Source: Spirochaetia bacterium
Lineage (GTDB): Bacteria; Spirochaetota; Spirochaetia; CADAEX01
Length of the DNA: 64,000 nt
Direction of reading: 5' to 3'
NCBI GenBank assembly: GCA_963662795.1
Contig: OY759746.1
Span: forward strand, 704,001 to 768,000
The notes beneath the pieces were generated by a model, which did no database searches, was not told where the DNA came from, and worked only from the letters and a program-made list of their open reading frames with translations. Positions 10,446 to 20,319 of this stretch are shown one piece after another (within the stretch, counting starts at the first letter, position 1; each line of letters starts with the position of its first letter). Both the position numbers and the translations under genes were made by a program.

Positions 10446-11366
10446 TCACTCTGCTCCTAATATTATCGGCTGAGACCAGGCTTTTTTCCCGTCAGGTGCC
10501 GTAATCTCAAGACGTATATATTTTTCATCTTTTTCAATATCAAAAAAAGCCTCTGTTATAAGCTTACCATTCTGCGCCCGCAAATGTTTTCCCCGGCAGG
10601 GAGATGACTTGAAAACCACTGAAACTGAAGGTGAAAATACGGCAGCAATTCTTTTTACTGTATGCTTACCTGAATTGGAGTCTGTCTGTTCAGATTCTTC
10701 CAGGTGAAAATCAAATATCTCAGGACCCTGGGTAGAATAAAACAAACCGGATCTTAAAGATTCAACTATTGATTCAGCTGTCAGTTCAGAGCATTTGACC
10801 ATAACCCAGCCCTGATAAAGGTCATGAAAGACATGGGAATCATCACTTGCTATACCAAAAACCGGAATATTTTTATCCAGCAGATCGTCCCAGTGTGATT
10901 CTGAAAATGACCTGCCGTTTTTATCACAGGTTGTATTAAATACTTCAATCGCAAAAAATCCATCAAGAGGCAGCATATCCAGCAATGTATGTCCTGACCA
11001 GTACGGATGGGCAAGGACAGAAATGCCTCCCTGTTTTGAGATATCTCTCATCAATTCATTCGGGTGTCTGCTTTCAAAATCCAATAAATCATGAACATTG
11101 ATTGCGACAATATGGTACGGTTTGCCGCCGTATGGATTTGGAGGGTTATATTCACAGCCGGAAATAACCAGAAATGAATTATCCGGGCAACTTGCAACAT
11201 CGCTAATCCTGTTGTGTTCTGTAACAACCAGGAAGTCGTAACCCTGTTTTTTGTAGCCTTCCCAGCATTCGGCTAAATTGCGTTTGCCGTCAGAAACAGT
11301 GCTGTGCAAATGGGTATTTCCCCTGTACCATCTGCCTGGATGAGAGAATGGATTATTGCTGTTCAT
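10446..11366 (-). CDS. PHP-domain metallohydrolase (CehA/McbA-like)
   Basis: GNTHLHSTVSDG, TEHN, AHPYWS, IEVFN, SDDSH. Confidence 0.85.
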   Translation of the reverse strand: MNSNNPFSHPGRWYRGNTHLHSTVSDGKRNLAECWEGYKKQGYDFLVVTEHNRISDVASCPDNSFLVISGCEYNPPNPYGGKPYHIVAINVHDLLDFESRHPNELMRDISKQGGISVLAHPYWSGHTLLDMLPLDGFFAIEVFNTTCDKNGRSFSESHWDDLLDKNIPVFGIASDDSHVFHDLYQGWVMVKCSELTAESIVESLRSGLFYSTQGPEIFDFHLEESEQTDSNSGKHTVKRIAAVFSPSVSVVFKSSPCRGKHLRAQNGKLITEAFFDIEKDEKYIRLEITAPDGKKAWSQPIILGAE

Positions 11367-11376
11367 CTGACGCTCC

Positions 11377-12237
11377 TTAATTTAACCCGGGAGTGCGCGC
11401 TTCAAGTTCAACAATCCTTCCTGGAGCTCTTGCCGTCTCCTGTATTGTATTAAAATGCTTTGGCTCGCCCTTGGCTTCGAAATTGAAATACCGTGAATAA
11501 CCGATTGCATAAAGCATCCTGAAGATTTCAACCCATTGTATTTCGTCTCCTTCAGCAAATGGAGGATAATGATCTATTCCATCCTTAAATCCATGCAGAT
11601 GCACCCAGCAAAGTCTATTTTTAATTATATTAAAAATCCTGGCAGGTCCTCCCGGCAGGGTCATGGGATTAATCCCTTCATCATTTCTGACATGGCCGAT
11701 ATCCAGAATCATACCTATCTGGGGATGATCAATTTCATCAAGAAAAGCAATCCTCTTTTCAACCCAGTTTTCAACAGCTTTGAAATTTTCAATTGCAATT
11801 ACAGCATCTGTTCCCTCAATATGGCGTGCAAGGTCCTCGTAGCTTTTGCGAAGAATGCTGTTCATTGTAGTCGCATGGGACCCCCACACTTTTCCGCCTA
11901 ATTCCATCATTGTATCAAGCTGACGACGGCAAAAATCCACTTCTTTTTTTCTCTTTTCTTTAGTATCTATACCGGCAAAATTGGTGGTGTGTGCATGATA
12001 GGCAACAATTTCAACTCCGCAGGATTTACATATATCTGAGATATATCTCATTGAATTGATGTCTGTCATATCATACTGTTCGCGGCTTTCTACCAGTTCA
12101 ATTCTGGTGATTCCGTTTTGCACAAGCTCCTTAAGGATACTTTCTCCAAACGGGCGGTATTTCCAGAAAAACACTGTAGACATGGACTGGCGGCTTTTTA
12201 TCTCCTCTTCGGAATAAAAACTCTTACCTTTATTCAT
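11377..12237 (-). CDS. Sugar-phosphate isomerase/epimerase family TIM-barrel protein
   Basis: IENF, LDIGH, VHLH, DHYPP..G.I.W, NFE metal-binding pattern. Confidence 0.75.
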   Translation of the reverse strand: MNKGKSFYSEEEIKSRQSMSTVFFWKYRPFGESILKELVQNGITRIELVESREQYDMTDINSMRYISDICKSCGVEIVAYHAHTTNFAGIDTKEKRKKEVDFCRRQLDTMMELGGKVWGSHATTMNSILRKSYEDLARHIEGTDAVIAIENFKAVENWVEKRIAFLDEIDHPQIGMILDIGHVRNDEGINPMTLPGGPARIFNIIKNRLCWVHLHGFKDGIDHYPPFAEGDEIQWVEIFRMLYAIGYSRYFNFEAKGEPKHFNTIQETARAPGRIVELEARTPGLN

Positions 12238-12412
12238 CTCATCCCTCTCATGTTATTAAATATTTAAATATCAAGTATATTAACATATTTTTTATTGCCA
12301 GCCAATAGTTTTATTTATATTTAAAGTTTAATTAAATCTTTTATTTACATAGGGGCAGCCTCATGTTATGATTTAAGCAATAGATCAAAAAATATTTTTC
12401 GCAGGAGAAAAT

Positions 12413-13115
12413 ATGAATCTGTCTAAAAACATTTTGTTCATTACTGCAGATCAATGGAGAAGTGAATGTTTAAGCTGTCTGGGGCATCCTGTAGTAAAAA
12501 CGCCGAATCTTGATTCCCTGGCAGAAGATGGAGTTCTTTTTACAAATCATTTTGTTCAGTGCATCAAGTGCGGTCCAAGCCGTGCTTCCATGCTGACCGG
12601 TATGTATCTGCAAAACCACAGGTCTGTTACAAACGGCACCCCTTTGGACAGCAGACATACAAATATTGCACTTGAATCCAGAAAAGCAGGCTATGATCCC
12701 GCACTTACCGGATATACAGATACAAGTCCTGATCCAACTAAGCATGATCCGTGTGACCCGGTTTTAAAAAGCTATCACGGGGTATTGCCTGGATTTACAT
12801 CAATTTCAGGAAAAACCATGGCAGGCGTGCCGGCAGAATGGCTCAATTGGCTCAAAGAAAAAGGATATCATATTCCAGACAAAGTTACTGCTGTTTTTGA
12901 TCCTGTTTTGGATTATCCGGGGACAGAGGATAGAGGAATGACATACGCACCTGTAAAATTTTCAAAAAACGAAAGCGATACTTACTATCTGACAGATTCT
13001 GCAATAAATTTTATCAGGGGTAATTCAGAAACGCCATGGTTTCTTCACTTAAGCTACGGACGTCCTCATCCGCCATATTTTGCTCCGGAACCATATAACA
13101 GTATGTATGATTTAA
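12413..13115 (+). pseudogene. Phosphonate monoester hydrolase / sulfatase-family protein, truncated by IS5
   Basis: ILFITADQWR, CGPSRASMLTG (formylglycine motif), NHRSV.NGTPLD, GYDPALTGYTDTSPDP match PMH-type enzymes; after ~234 aa the ORF runs into the IS5 end. Confidence 0.85.
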
Positions 13116-14321
13116 GGGCACCTCTAAAAACCCTTATTAAAACACATTTTAACCAGTAACATTGTTAAAATCATGTTGATATTATCATTTCAAACTGCAC
13201 GGCAGCAGTTTTACTGTCTGCTTAACCGTTATGCCCTGCATAACTGCAGGTATCTTATAATATTATAAGTAAGATTTGTCAGTCCAATTATTGCATTAGC
13301 CTTGATAATCCCAATTGCTCTTATCATATTACCTATTAAGGAATTCTTTATGCAGCCAAATACATGTTCAACCCTGCAGCGGACTTTTGATTTCTTCCTG
13401 TTGCTTTCCATCTGCTGCCTGCTTAAAATACTATATCTGCATCCTTTTTCATATATCCGGTTTCTTATCTTATTTTTCTGTAAAATGTTCTTAATTGTTT
13501 TTCCTGAATAAGCACTGTCTGCATATATCTCATGATGAGAATCTTTTTCTGTAATTAGGTTTTCAAAAACCTGACTGTCATGCACAGAAGCTGGTGTTAC
13601 ACAATATACTTCTCTATTATTTTTGATTTGCGGTCAATCCTGATGTGGTTTTTGTAGCCATAATGCCTCTGTCCTCCCTTTGTAACCCAGCGGGCATCTA
13701 CATCTTTTTGCCGTATTTTGTTCTCATTCCAGACATCTGGATCTTTTCCATCTTTTATTTCTTCGTTTTCTTCTTTTGAGTTTCTCTGTTTGGGAGCTTA
13801 TACAAAGCTGGCATCTACTATCTTTCCGCTATGCGCTATTATTCCTTCATTAAGAAGATATGATCTGAATTGCTCAAAAAGTAGTTCTATCTTTCCGGAT
13901 TTTGTAAGGGTTTCTCTAAAAAGCCATATTGTTTTTTCATCCGGTACCTGGTCCTGCAGATTAAGTCCAAGAAATCTCATAAATGAGAGGCGGTCCATTA
14001 TCTGAAATTGTATCTGTGCATCTGATAAATTATAAAGGCGCTGCAGTATAAATATCTTAAACATCATAACATAATCTAAGGCCGGCCTTCCTCCCGGGCC
14101 TTTTGCCTGCTTTTCAAACACCCGGTTTAATGTGTGGCGAAAACTTTCCCACTTAATCATTTTATTTAAAGGTATTAATGGATCTCCCTGTTTTTCAAGA
14201 TCCTTAAGTCTTAATTCGTCATCAAAAAAACCGCACTGTTATCTCATTTTTCATCTCCCATAAAGAGAGTATAACATTTATTGCAATTTATGAAAATTCC
14301 CTCTAGTTTTTAAAGGTGTCC
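13116..14321 (-). mobile_element. IS5-family insertion sequence with inactivated transposase
   Basis: IRs GGGCACCTCTAAAAAC (13116) / GTTTTTAAAGGTGTCC (to 14321), 14/16 match; fragments GGRP, LYNLSD, DRLSFMRFLGL, VPDEKTIW, IVDAS, YADSAY, RVEHVFG; early stop (MR*) and at least two frameshifts. Confidence 0.92.
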
Positions 14322-14605
14322 TTCAATTTTTAAATCCAGTTTATCGTTATTAATTTCGCTTTCTGATTAAGGTTCAAGCAACCAGTAAGAATAGCCAATG
14401 CGGGATACTTTAAAGACTTTGGCCATTTTTGAGATGCATTGTTTCAAAGATTGATTTTTTATAAATATAAATATTATTTCTGTCATTTTGAGAAAATAAC
14501 CAGCGTTTTTTTAATATTTCATACTCTTCCTGGATATTTGCCAATTGTTTTTTTAAATTAAGTATTTCTTCATCACGTGGATTCCCTTTTCCCGGAAATG
14601 ATTTT
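14322..14605 (-). mobile_element. IS3-family remnant (end of orfA, start of orfB)
   Basis: FPGKGNPRDEEILNLKKQL...EILKK then, in another frame, MAKVFKVSRIGYSYW...*...NDKLDLKI; cut at IS5 end. Confidence 0.75.
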
Positions 14606-14913
14606 CTCATGTTTTTTATACTCAAAGATTCACCTACTAAGTAGATATCTCCTTTGTCTATTATATTGGGGGTAGACCACATGCATTATTTTGCCCCTTT
14701 TGGAAGAAAAAGCTGAATAAAATCTTTTTAAAGCATTTTCCTTTTAGATTTTTAATAATTAGTGTTTAACTGTGAAGGAAAAAAGTAATTTCTCTCCCGG
14801 GGTGGAAGGGAAAAACGGATAGATATACCTGAGGCTAAGTACAGGCTGCCCTGATTACAATTTTATTTACCCAATATTTTTAAAGCCTATACTTAAACTC
14901 ACCATGAACCGCT

Positions 14914-14973
14914 AAAAAAATCCCGCTGAAATTATTCTGCCTCTTGCAGGCTGAAAAATCCCGGCGGGGGTTT
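14914..14973 (-). terminator. Long hairpin plus U7 tract after paralog A (copy 1)
   Basis: Minus strand CCCGCCGGGATT...CTGC-AAGAG-GCAG...AATTTCAGCGGG followed by ATTTTTTT. Confidence 0.6.
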
Positions 14974-14991
14974 ATTTGCAACTAATTACTC

Positions 14992-15693
14992 TTATAATTC
15001 TATTTTAGCAACATTGGGTTTGACCTGTTCCTGTAAATAGTCTCCCCTCACAAGCAGAACATCAGGGATTGACTCGCTGAGTTTCTTCGTCATGTCAAGA
15101 AATTTACCCCGGATATTATTCGCCTGCAGTGCTACATCCTTTACTTCGTTCGATGGCAGCTCTTTCTGCGGCTCTATCAGCGTGGCTATCCTGTCAAGCA
15201 CCGACAGCACTACCCTGTTGAGCATATCCATCTGGTCTTTTGTTTTATCAAGGTGTTTTCCAAGATTATTCACATCGCTTACCGTAAGCGGATATATCCT
15301 GTACCCCTCTTCCGGCATCTCATAACAGGCAGTCAGAAGGCCATATATTATTACAAGCGCTTTCGGATATATCTCTCCTGGTTTCCACTTCGTCAGCATC
15401 CGGAAACATTCCTTTATCATAAAGGTATTGAACTGTATTGTTCCAAGGAATTTACTCGGCTCCCTCTCCCCTACAAGTGTTTCTATTACCCACGGATTTC
15501 CTGCTTCAATCAGCCTGAAATATATGGGATAGTTGTCAGGATTCAATCCAACTTTATGTACCAGGAAATGCGCCAGCGCTACTGCGGCAAAGGCGCTGTA
15601 CCCTTCCTTGCTGTCTATTATTTCTTTTATATACCCTAATGCAAGTTCGTCTATCTCTTTCTCAGACCACAGCGGCCATTCTACACCAGACAT
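14992..15693 (-). CDS. Uncharacterised family protein, paralog A (copy 1)
   Basis: GGAGG RBS before MSGVEW; shares NY, WVI, IYP, GY.IY, DVNNLGKHL, ANNIR, IP.VLL motifs with B, C, D. Confidence 0.85.
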   Translation of the reverse strand: MSGVEWPLWSEKEIDELALGYIKEIIDSKEGYSAFAAVALAHFLVHKVGLNPDNYPIYFRLIEAGNPWVIETLVGEREPSKFLGTIQFNTFMIKECFRMLTKWKPGEIYPKALVIIYGLLTACYEMPEEGYRIYPLTVSDVNNLGKHLDKTKDQMDMLNRVVLSVLDRIATLIEPQKELPSNEVKDVALQANNIRGKFLDMTKKLSESIPDVLLVRGDYLQEQVKPNVAKIEL

Positions 15694-15771
15694 TGCTACC
15701 TCCACTCTGAAGTTAAGGCCGCTTTACTTCTTTCCAAAATATCGCGGCCCTATTTCACATTATCTTCTACT

Positions 15772-16491
15772 CTATTCTTCTGCAGGTTTCTCAACTTCAG
15801 CAAGAGGAATAAGTTTCCTCGGCTGTACATCCTTGTCAAGATTAGGTTCAAGTCTCAGCTGGACTTCCGGTATGACGTCAACAAGATGTTTCTTGGTATC
15901 GAAGAAATTGTTTCTTATATTATGCGCATGTACTGCAAGGTCTTCCATATCTTCATCCACATTCTGTCCTTCAAGCGAAGACAGCTTATCCAGTATGTCA
16001 AGGATACTCCGGTTAAGCAGGTCATCCTGTCCTTTTTCCTCATTCAGGTGTTTTCCCAATGAGTTAACATCTGCTACTGATGGCGGATAGATTTTATATC
16101 CATCAAGCGGCGAATTATAGGTCGCCTGAAATACTCCAAGTATTATTCCAAGGGTCTTCGGATATATCTCTGCCTTCCGGTATTTTGTCAATATTGTAAA
16201 GCATGTCGATACTATGAAATAGTTCGGCTGTATTGAACTCATGAACAAAAACGGATCCCGCGATCCAAGCAGGGCATCTATTACATTGTGGTTTCTTACT
16301 GTCAGTATATTCAGAAATACCGGATAGTTTCCATTTGTTATTCCAGTGAAGTTCAGATAGCTTGCGTATGTCGTCGCTGATTCTACTGCTTCAATTGTCC
16401 GGCAGCCCAAAATACCTTTAAGCATATTATATTCTATCTGCTGAACGTCACTATCGGTCCAGTCCTGCTTTTTTTCAAATAGCTCCTTCAT
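15772..16491 (-). CDS. Uncharacterised family protein, paralog B (copy 1)
   Basis: 239 aa, AAGGAG RBS, family motifs (DVNSLGKHL, AHNIR). Confidence 0.87.
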   Translation of the reverse strand: MKELFEKKQDWTDSDVQQIEYNMLKGILGCRTIEAVESATTYASYLNFTGITNGNYPVFLNILTVRNHNVIDALLGSRDPFLFMSSIQPNYFIVSTCFTILTKYRKAEIYPKTLGIILGVFQATYNSPLDGYKIYPPSVADVNSLGKHLNEEKGQDDLLNRSILDILDKLSSLEGQNVDEDMEDLAVHAHNIRNNFFDTKKHLVDVIPEVQLRLEPNLDKDVQPRKLIPLAEVEKPAEE

Positions 16492-16514
16492 AAAATAATT
16501 CTCCTTTCCTTATT

Positions 16515-17213
16515 TTAATCAACGAAGAGTTGTCTTGGTGCAGTTTCCTTGGCTACATAATCAGATTTTACAAGGAGAACCTGCGGTATAATATCTTCCA
16601 TTTTCTTCCGTTTATCAAAGTAGAATGTCCTGATATTATTTGCCTGGCGGGCCATTTGTTCTTTTTCCGGACTGCTCGATGTTCCCGCAAGTGAGCCTAA
16701 CCGATCCAGTATGTCCAGAATACACCTGTTATTCAGATCATCCTGTCCGAGTTCCTTATTCAGATGCTTTCCAAGATTATTTACATCATTTATTGACACT
16801 GAATATATCTTGTACCCGTCCTTCGGGGATGCATATGCTGCCTGCAGTATTCCAAGCACTACTGACAGTGTTACAGGGTATATACCTCCGGGATGCCAGT
16901 TCGTCAGAAGCTTGAAGCCTGTATAGCCCAGATAGCTGTTAGGCTGTATCGGACTCAGCATTAAAAAAGGATCCTTTTTCCCTACCATAGTATCAATCAC
17001 CCAATGATTTTCTACTTCCAGCAGTTTCAGAAAGAGGGGATAATTATCATTACTTAATCCCGATAAACTTAAAAATCTTGCAAAACTTATTGAACCTTCT
17101 ACAGCCTCTTCCGTCCGGGACCCCAGCATATTCTGCACTATCCCCAGCTGTACCTTCATTATAGTCTCTTTCGACCATGTCCTTTCGATTACCCGTTCGC
17201 TCTGCTTGTCCAT
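16515..17213 (-). CDS. Uncharacterised family protein, paralog C (copy 1)
   Basis: GGAGG RBS before MDKQSE; family motifs. Confidence 0.87.
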   Translation of the reverse strand: MDKQSERVIERTWSKETIMKVQLGIVQNMLGSRTEEAVEGSISFARFLSLSGLSNDNYPLFLKLLEVENHWVIDTMVGKKDPFLMLSPIQPNSYLGYTGFKLLTNWHPGGIYPVTLSVVLGILQAAYASPKDGYKIYSVSINDVNNLGKHLNKELGQDDLNNRCILDILDRLGSLAGTSSSPEKEQMARQANNIRTFYFDKRKKMEDIIPQVLLVKSDYVAKETAPRQLFVD

Positions 17214-17305
17214 TACCACCTCCACATTGCGACAAACCAAATATTAAAAAATTATATAAACCCAACTACTATAATAATAATAAACAGAAATCCCTTTATG
17301 TCTTT

Positions 17306-18226
17306 TCACTTCCTTTTATTATGCATCGCCATAAAACTTTGCCCAAAAGCTGAATAATCGTCATCGTTGCTTATAGATTTTGTATCTTCTGCTGATTTGA
17401 ACATCGATCTAAAATATTTATCCACATAATTTCTTCGGTTAATTATATTACTGACAACTTTTTTTGAAATATTATCAGCATCCTTTGAATAGGATGAAAA
17501 GGCTGCTTTTGCCAGCACCAGACAAAACTCAGGAGTAATTTCAGCAAATGCGCGCAAGCGGTCCTCAAATGTGCAGATTGATACACCTTCAAAGTGTTCA
17601 GGCCTCAAAAGCGTAAGAAATCGGGTTTTTTCGGTCCGGAGCCAGCCGAACTTATTTGGCAAACCGGTAATTTTCATTGCTTCAGAGAATAAATCTGCTT
17701 TGTCATAATCTATTGCTGCTACAAAAGGGGTATTCTTTGCATTGGTAATTACAAGATAATTATTTGGATTCCTGTCTTCATCGAAAAATATCCAGCGGTT
17801 TATTAAATCTGCCCTTAGTATATTTATAAATGGTGATTCAAGATAATTGTAAGAGCTTATCTGTACAGCACGCTGCACTACCTTTGTAATACGGTATTTT
17901 TTACCATTAATAAGTACTGCACTTGTTGGCGCAGCAAGGGTCCCTGTTTCATGATCAAGAAGATAAGCCAGCATGCACGCCCGGTGGTAAAGCATCTCAT
18001 TATCGGATGCAACCGGTTTTACTATCCAAAGGTCTCCGCTATCGTCTTTAGCAGCAAGATAGCTTTTAACCTGGGCATTAAACGGAACATCATTCTGGGA
18101 TTCAACAAGGGTAAGTTGCATGGAATCAAGATGTTTCAATACTTCCTTTGCAGGTTTATCAAGATAAAAATATTTTATAAGCTCCTTATCTCCCAAAGCA
18201 TCTGCCAGTTTTTCACGTTCACCCAT
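17306..18226 (-). CDS. HipA/PI3-PI4-kinase-like atypical kinase
   Basis: WIVKP (ATP Lys), DEDRNPNNYL catalytic loop (D-R-x-x-x-N), AIDYD Mg-binding Asp; start MGERE with GGAGG RBS overlaps phosphatase stop. Confidence 0.72.
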   Translation of the reverse strand: MGEREKLADALGDKELIKYFYLDKPAKEVLKHLDSMQLTLVESQNDVPFNAQVKSYLAAKDDSGDLWIVKPVASDNEMLYHRACMLAYLLDHETGTLAAPTSAVLINGKKYRITKVVQRAVQISSYNYLESPFINILRADLINRWIFFDEDRNPNNYLVITNAKNTPFVAAIDYDKADLFSEAMKITGLPNKFGWLRTEKTRFLTLLRPEHFEGVSICTFEDRLRAFAEITPEFCLVLAKAAFSSYSKDADNISKKVVSNIINRRNYVDKYFRSMFKSAEDTKSISNDDDYSAFGQSFMAMHNKRK

Positions 18227-19181
18227 AATAATATACCTCCGGTTTTTCAATAACAGCAGTTTTCACCAGCATCTTGTTTCCGATAAAAGTAATGTAGGGA
18301 GCAGCGCTACCATACCCGGAATAAAGAATATGGTGATTGCGAATTCCTATGACGTTTTGCCAGATACCAATTTTATTACCATCATTCCATAATGGATTAT
18401 GCCCCACAATAAAATGAGTATCCTCGGGCATATCAAGCATATCAAGAGCAAGCCGAAGGTCTTTTTCTCCATATTCCTTTAGACTCGGATTGCCATGGAA
18501 TTCATTTACCCTATTCCATAGGAGCTGGTGGAGTTTTTCAGGATAATCCTTGATGTTGATCAATTCATCCTTTACAACACCACCATGGGGTGGGCCTGCA
18601 TGCGTTATAACAAATTCCTTACCGATAATAAATACAGGCAGGCTATTGAAAAATTTTTCTACTGCTGTAGTAAACTCGGGGCCTTTTTCGGCCATCAATG
18701 TCTTTCTGAGTTCCAGGCCCTGTGAAATACCGCTCTTTCGAAGTCTTTCGTCAAAGGTATCATGGTTACCCCTGATATAGTAAATACGTCCGGGATATTG
18801 CAGAATAAGACGAAGAACATCATCAAGGATATCTACAGAAGTCTGCATATCTTTCATGTGACCTGTACGGTCATCATGCAGCGCATCTCCCAAAAGGATG
18901 CAGGAAGCTTTACCTGATTCAATATCCGCACGATTTGTCTCATGTCCGAGTATCAGAGCAAGATTCTCCCGATTTGCGTGAAGATCACCTATAATGATCG
19001 GCCGTATGTCATTGGGAAAGAGAATTAACCCGCCAGGTAAATTATCCCTGTCTGACAAACGACCGGGTAATGTACCCAATATTTTCATTGCTTTTTCTAC
19101 AAGTTTTACACCATCTATATCTTTTTTTGAAACATCCACCCCGGAGATGGATTCAGAGCCAGTTTTTAATTTCCGTGACAT
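18219..19181 (-). CDS. Calcineurin-like metallophosphoesterase (PPP-type phosphatase)
   Basis: GDLHA, GDALHD, RGNHD, THAG, LLWN, VGHN motifs. Confidence 0.88.
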   Translation of the reverse strand: MSRKLKTGSESISGVDVSKKDIDGVKLVEKAMKILGTLPGRLSDRDNLPGGLILFPNDIRPIIIGDLHANRENLALILGHETNRADIESGKASCILLGDALHDDRTGHMKDMQTSVDILDDVLRLILQYPGRIYYIRGNHDTFDERLRKSGISQGLELRKTLMAEKGPEFTTAVEKFFNSLPVFIIGKEFVITHAGPPHGGVVKDELINIKDYPEKLHQLLWNRVNEFHGNPSLKEYGEKDLRLALDMLDMPEDTHFIVGHNPLWNDGNKIGIWQNVIGIRNHHILYSGYGSAAPYITFIGNKMLVKTAVIEKPEVYYYG

Positions 19182-19239
19182 TTATTCTCCTAATTTATGC
19201 TATCATGATGAGAACTACACGGTAGGCAACTTATTTCTC

Positions 19240-20268
19240 TTATTTCGGAGATTTAGTTGTTCCCGTTTTTGAACTTTTACTCTTGGCCGTTGCATTTTTT
19301 AGTTTCCTGACTGTTTTACGGGGCTTTAACTCCGGTTTTTTTTCGGAATTTACCTCTAAAACACTTTCATTTACTATTTTATCAGGTTTACCAGATTCAT
19401 CAGCAGTTTTATTCACAACCTTTATCTCCGGCACTGCATCAGTTTCTTTTACAAATCGGCCATAAACATCACGTTTACGCTGTCTCCGTTTAGAAACAAG
19501 ATCAACATAATCATCCTCAGGATGCACACCCATTCTATCCTGCAAGCGGACAAGTAATGGTTCCGGTATGGCATCGACAAGCTCTCTTGTATGATCAAAA
19601 TATGCATAACGGACATTAAATGCGTGTTTTGACAGGACGTTTTTATCCTGTTCACCATAATAATCTCCCACATGAGCAATTCTGTCAAGAATTTCAAGAA
19701 TAAGTTTGTTAAGAGGATGTTCCTGAGGTTCATCTTTAATCAGAAACTTACCAAGGGCATGGATATCCATTATTGAAAGTTTACGAATTCGGTAACCATC
19801 ATCCGGATCAAAGTAGGCATTCTGAATTATTCCAAGAACAGCTTCAAGAGCCGGTGAATAAATTTCATCAGGATGGCGTGAATACAGCATTTCAAATGCC
19901 GCATCCAGCAAGTCAATTCCGGGACGTATGGTAGAAAAAAGAAGACGTGCGGTACGATCATGCAATAATTCATCTATAACCCAGGGATTATTGGTCATTA
20001 TCATACGGAGGAAAAGCCAGTAATTATCGTTGCTCAGACCTGCATAATTCAGATATCTGGCAAATGCTACTGCACTCTCCACCTGCGGTTGAGTTGTACA
20101 TGCAAATAATGCTTCACGAAGATTATGCGCATGATCACGGATTAGCCGTTTATCGTTGTCTATGAGTAAAAATCCTGTCTTAGCTGGCATTCCTGCATAC
20201 CCCCTTTTAGTATCGGAAGAAAGGGAGGCTCTATTTACTTCCATAAAAGAATTATTCTCCAAAATCAT
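19240..20268 (-). CDS. Uncharacterised family protein, paralog D, with Lys-rich C-terminal tail
   Basis: VESAVAFARYL, GLSNDNY, NPWVID, EIY, DGYRI, DIHALGKFL, LN..IL.ILDR, AFNVR, IPEPLLVR align with A/B/C. Confidence 0.87.
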   Translation of the reverse strand: MILENNSFMEVNRASLSSDTKRGYAGMPAKTGFLLIDNDKRLIRDHAHNLREALFACTTQPQVESAVAFARYLNYAGLSNDNYWLFLRMIMTNNPWVIDELLHDRTARLLFSTIRPGIDLLDAAFEMLYSRHPDEIYSPALEAVLGIIQNAYFDPDDGYRIRKLSIMDIHALGKFLIKDEPQEHPLNKLILEILDRIAHVGDYYGEQDKNVLSKHAFNVRYAYFDHTRELVDAIPEPLLVRLQDRMGVHPEDDYVDLVSKRRQRKRDVYGRFVKETDAVPEIKVVNKTADESGKPDKIVNESVLEVNSEKKPELKPRKTVRKLKNATAKSKSSKTGTTKSPK

Positions 20269-20319
20269 GGTAAGTATTCTCCTTTATCAAAAATGCCTTT
20301 AATTATCCGGCAATTTACC

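Larger units (their letters stand above)
14894..17279 (+). repeat. Direct repeat copy 1 (~2.39 kb) containing paralogs C-B-A
   Basis: Matches 23098-25484 except an A7/A8 tract and three substitutions seen (15922, 15997, 16644). Confidence 0.97.

Noticed and set aside
14834-14905. 23-aa ORF MVSLSIGFKKYWVNKIVIRAACT after repeat copy 1
   Set aside because: Arises from an ATG inside the duplicated segment; no RBS and no resemblance to anything I recognise.
15533-16090. 185-aa plus-strand ORF (and copy at 23738) and the many other antisense ORFs
   Set aside because: Shadow frames of well-supported genes. A SNP between the copies changes this frame while staying silent on the minus strand.
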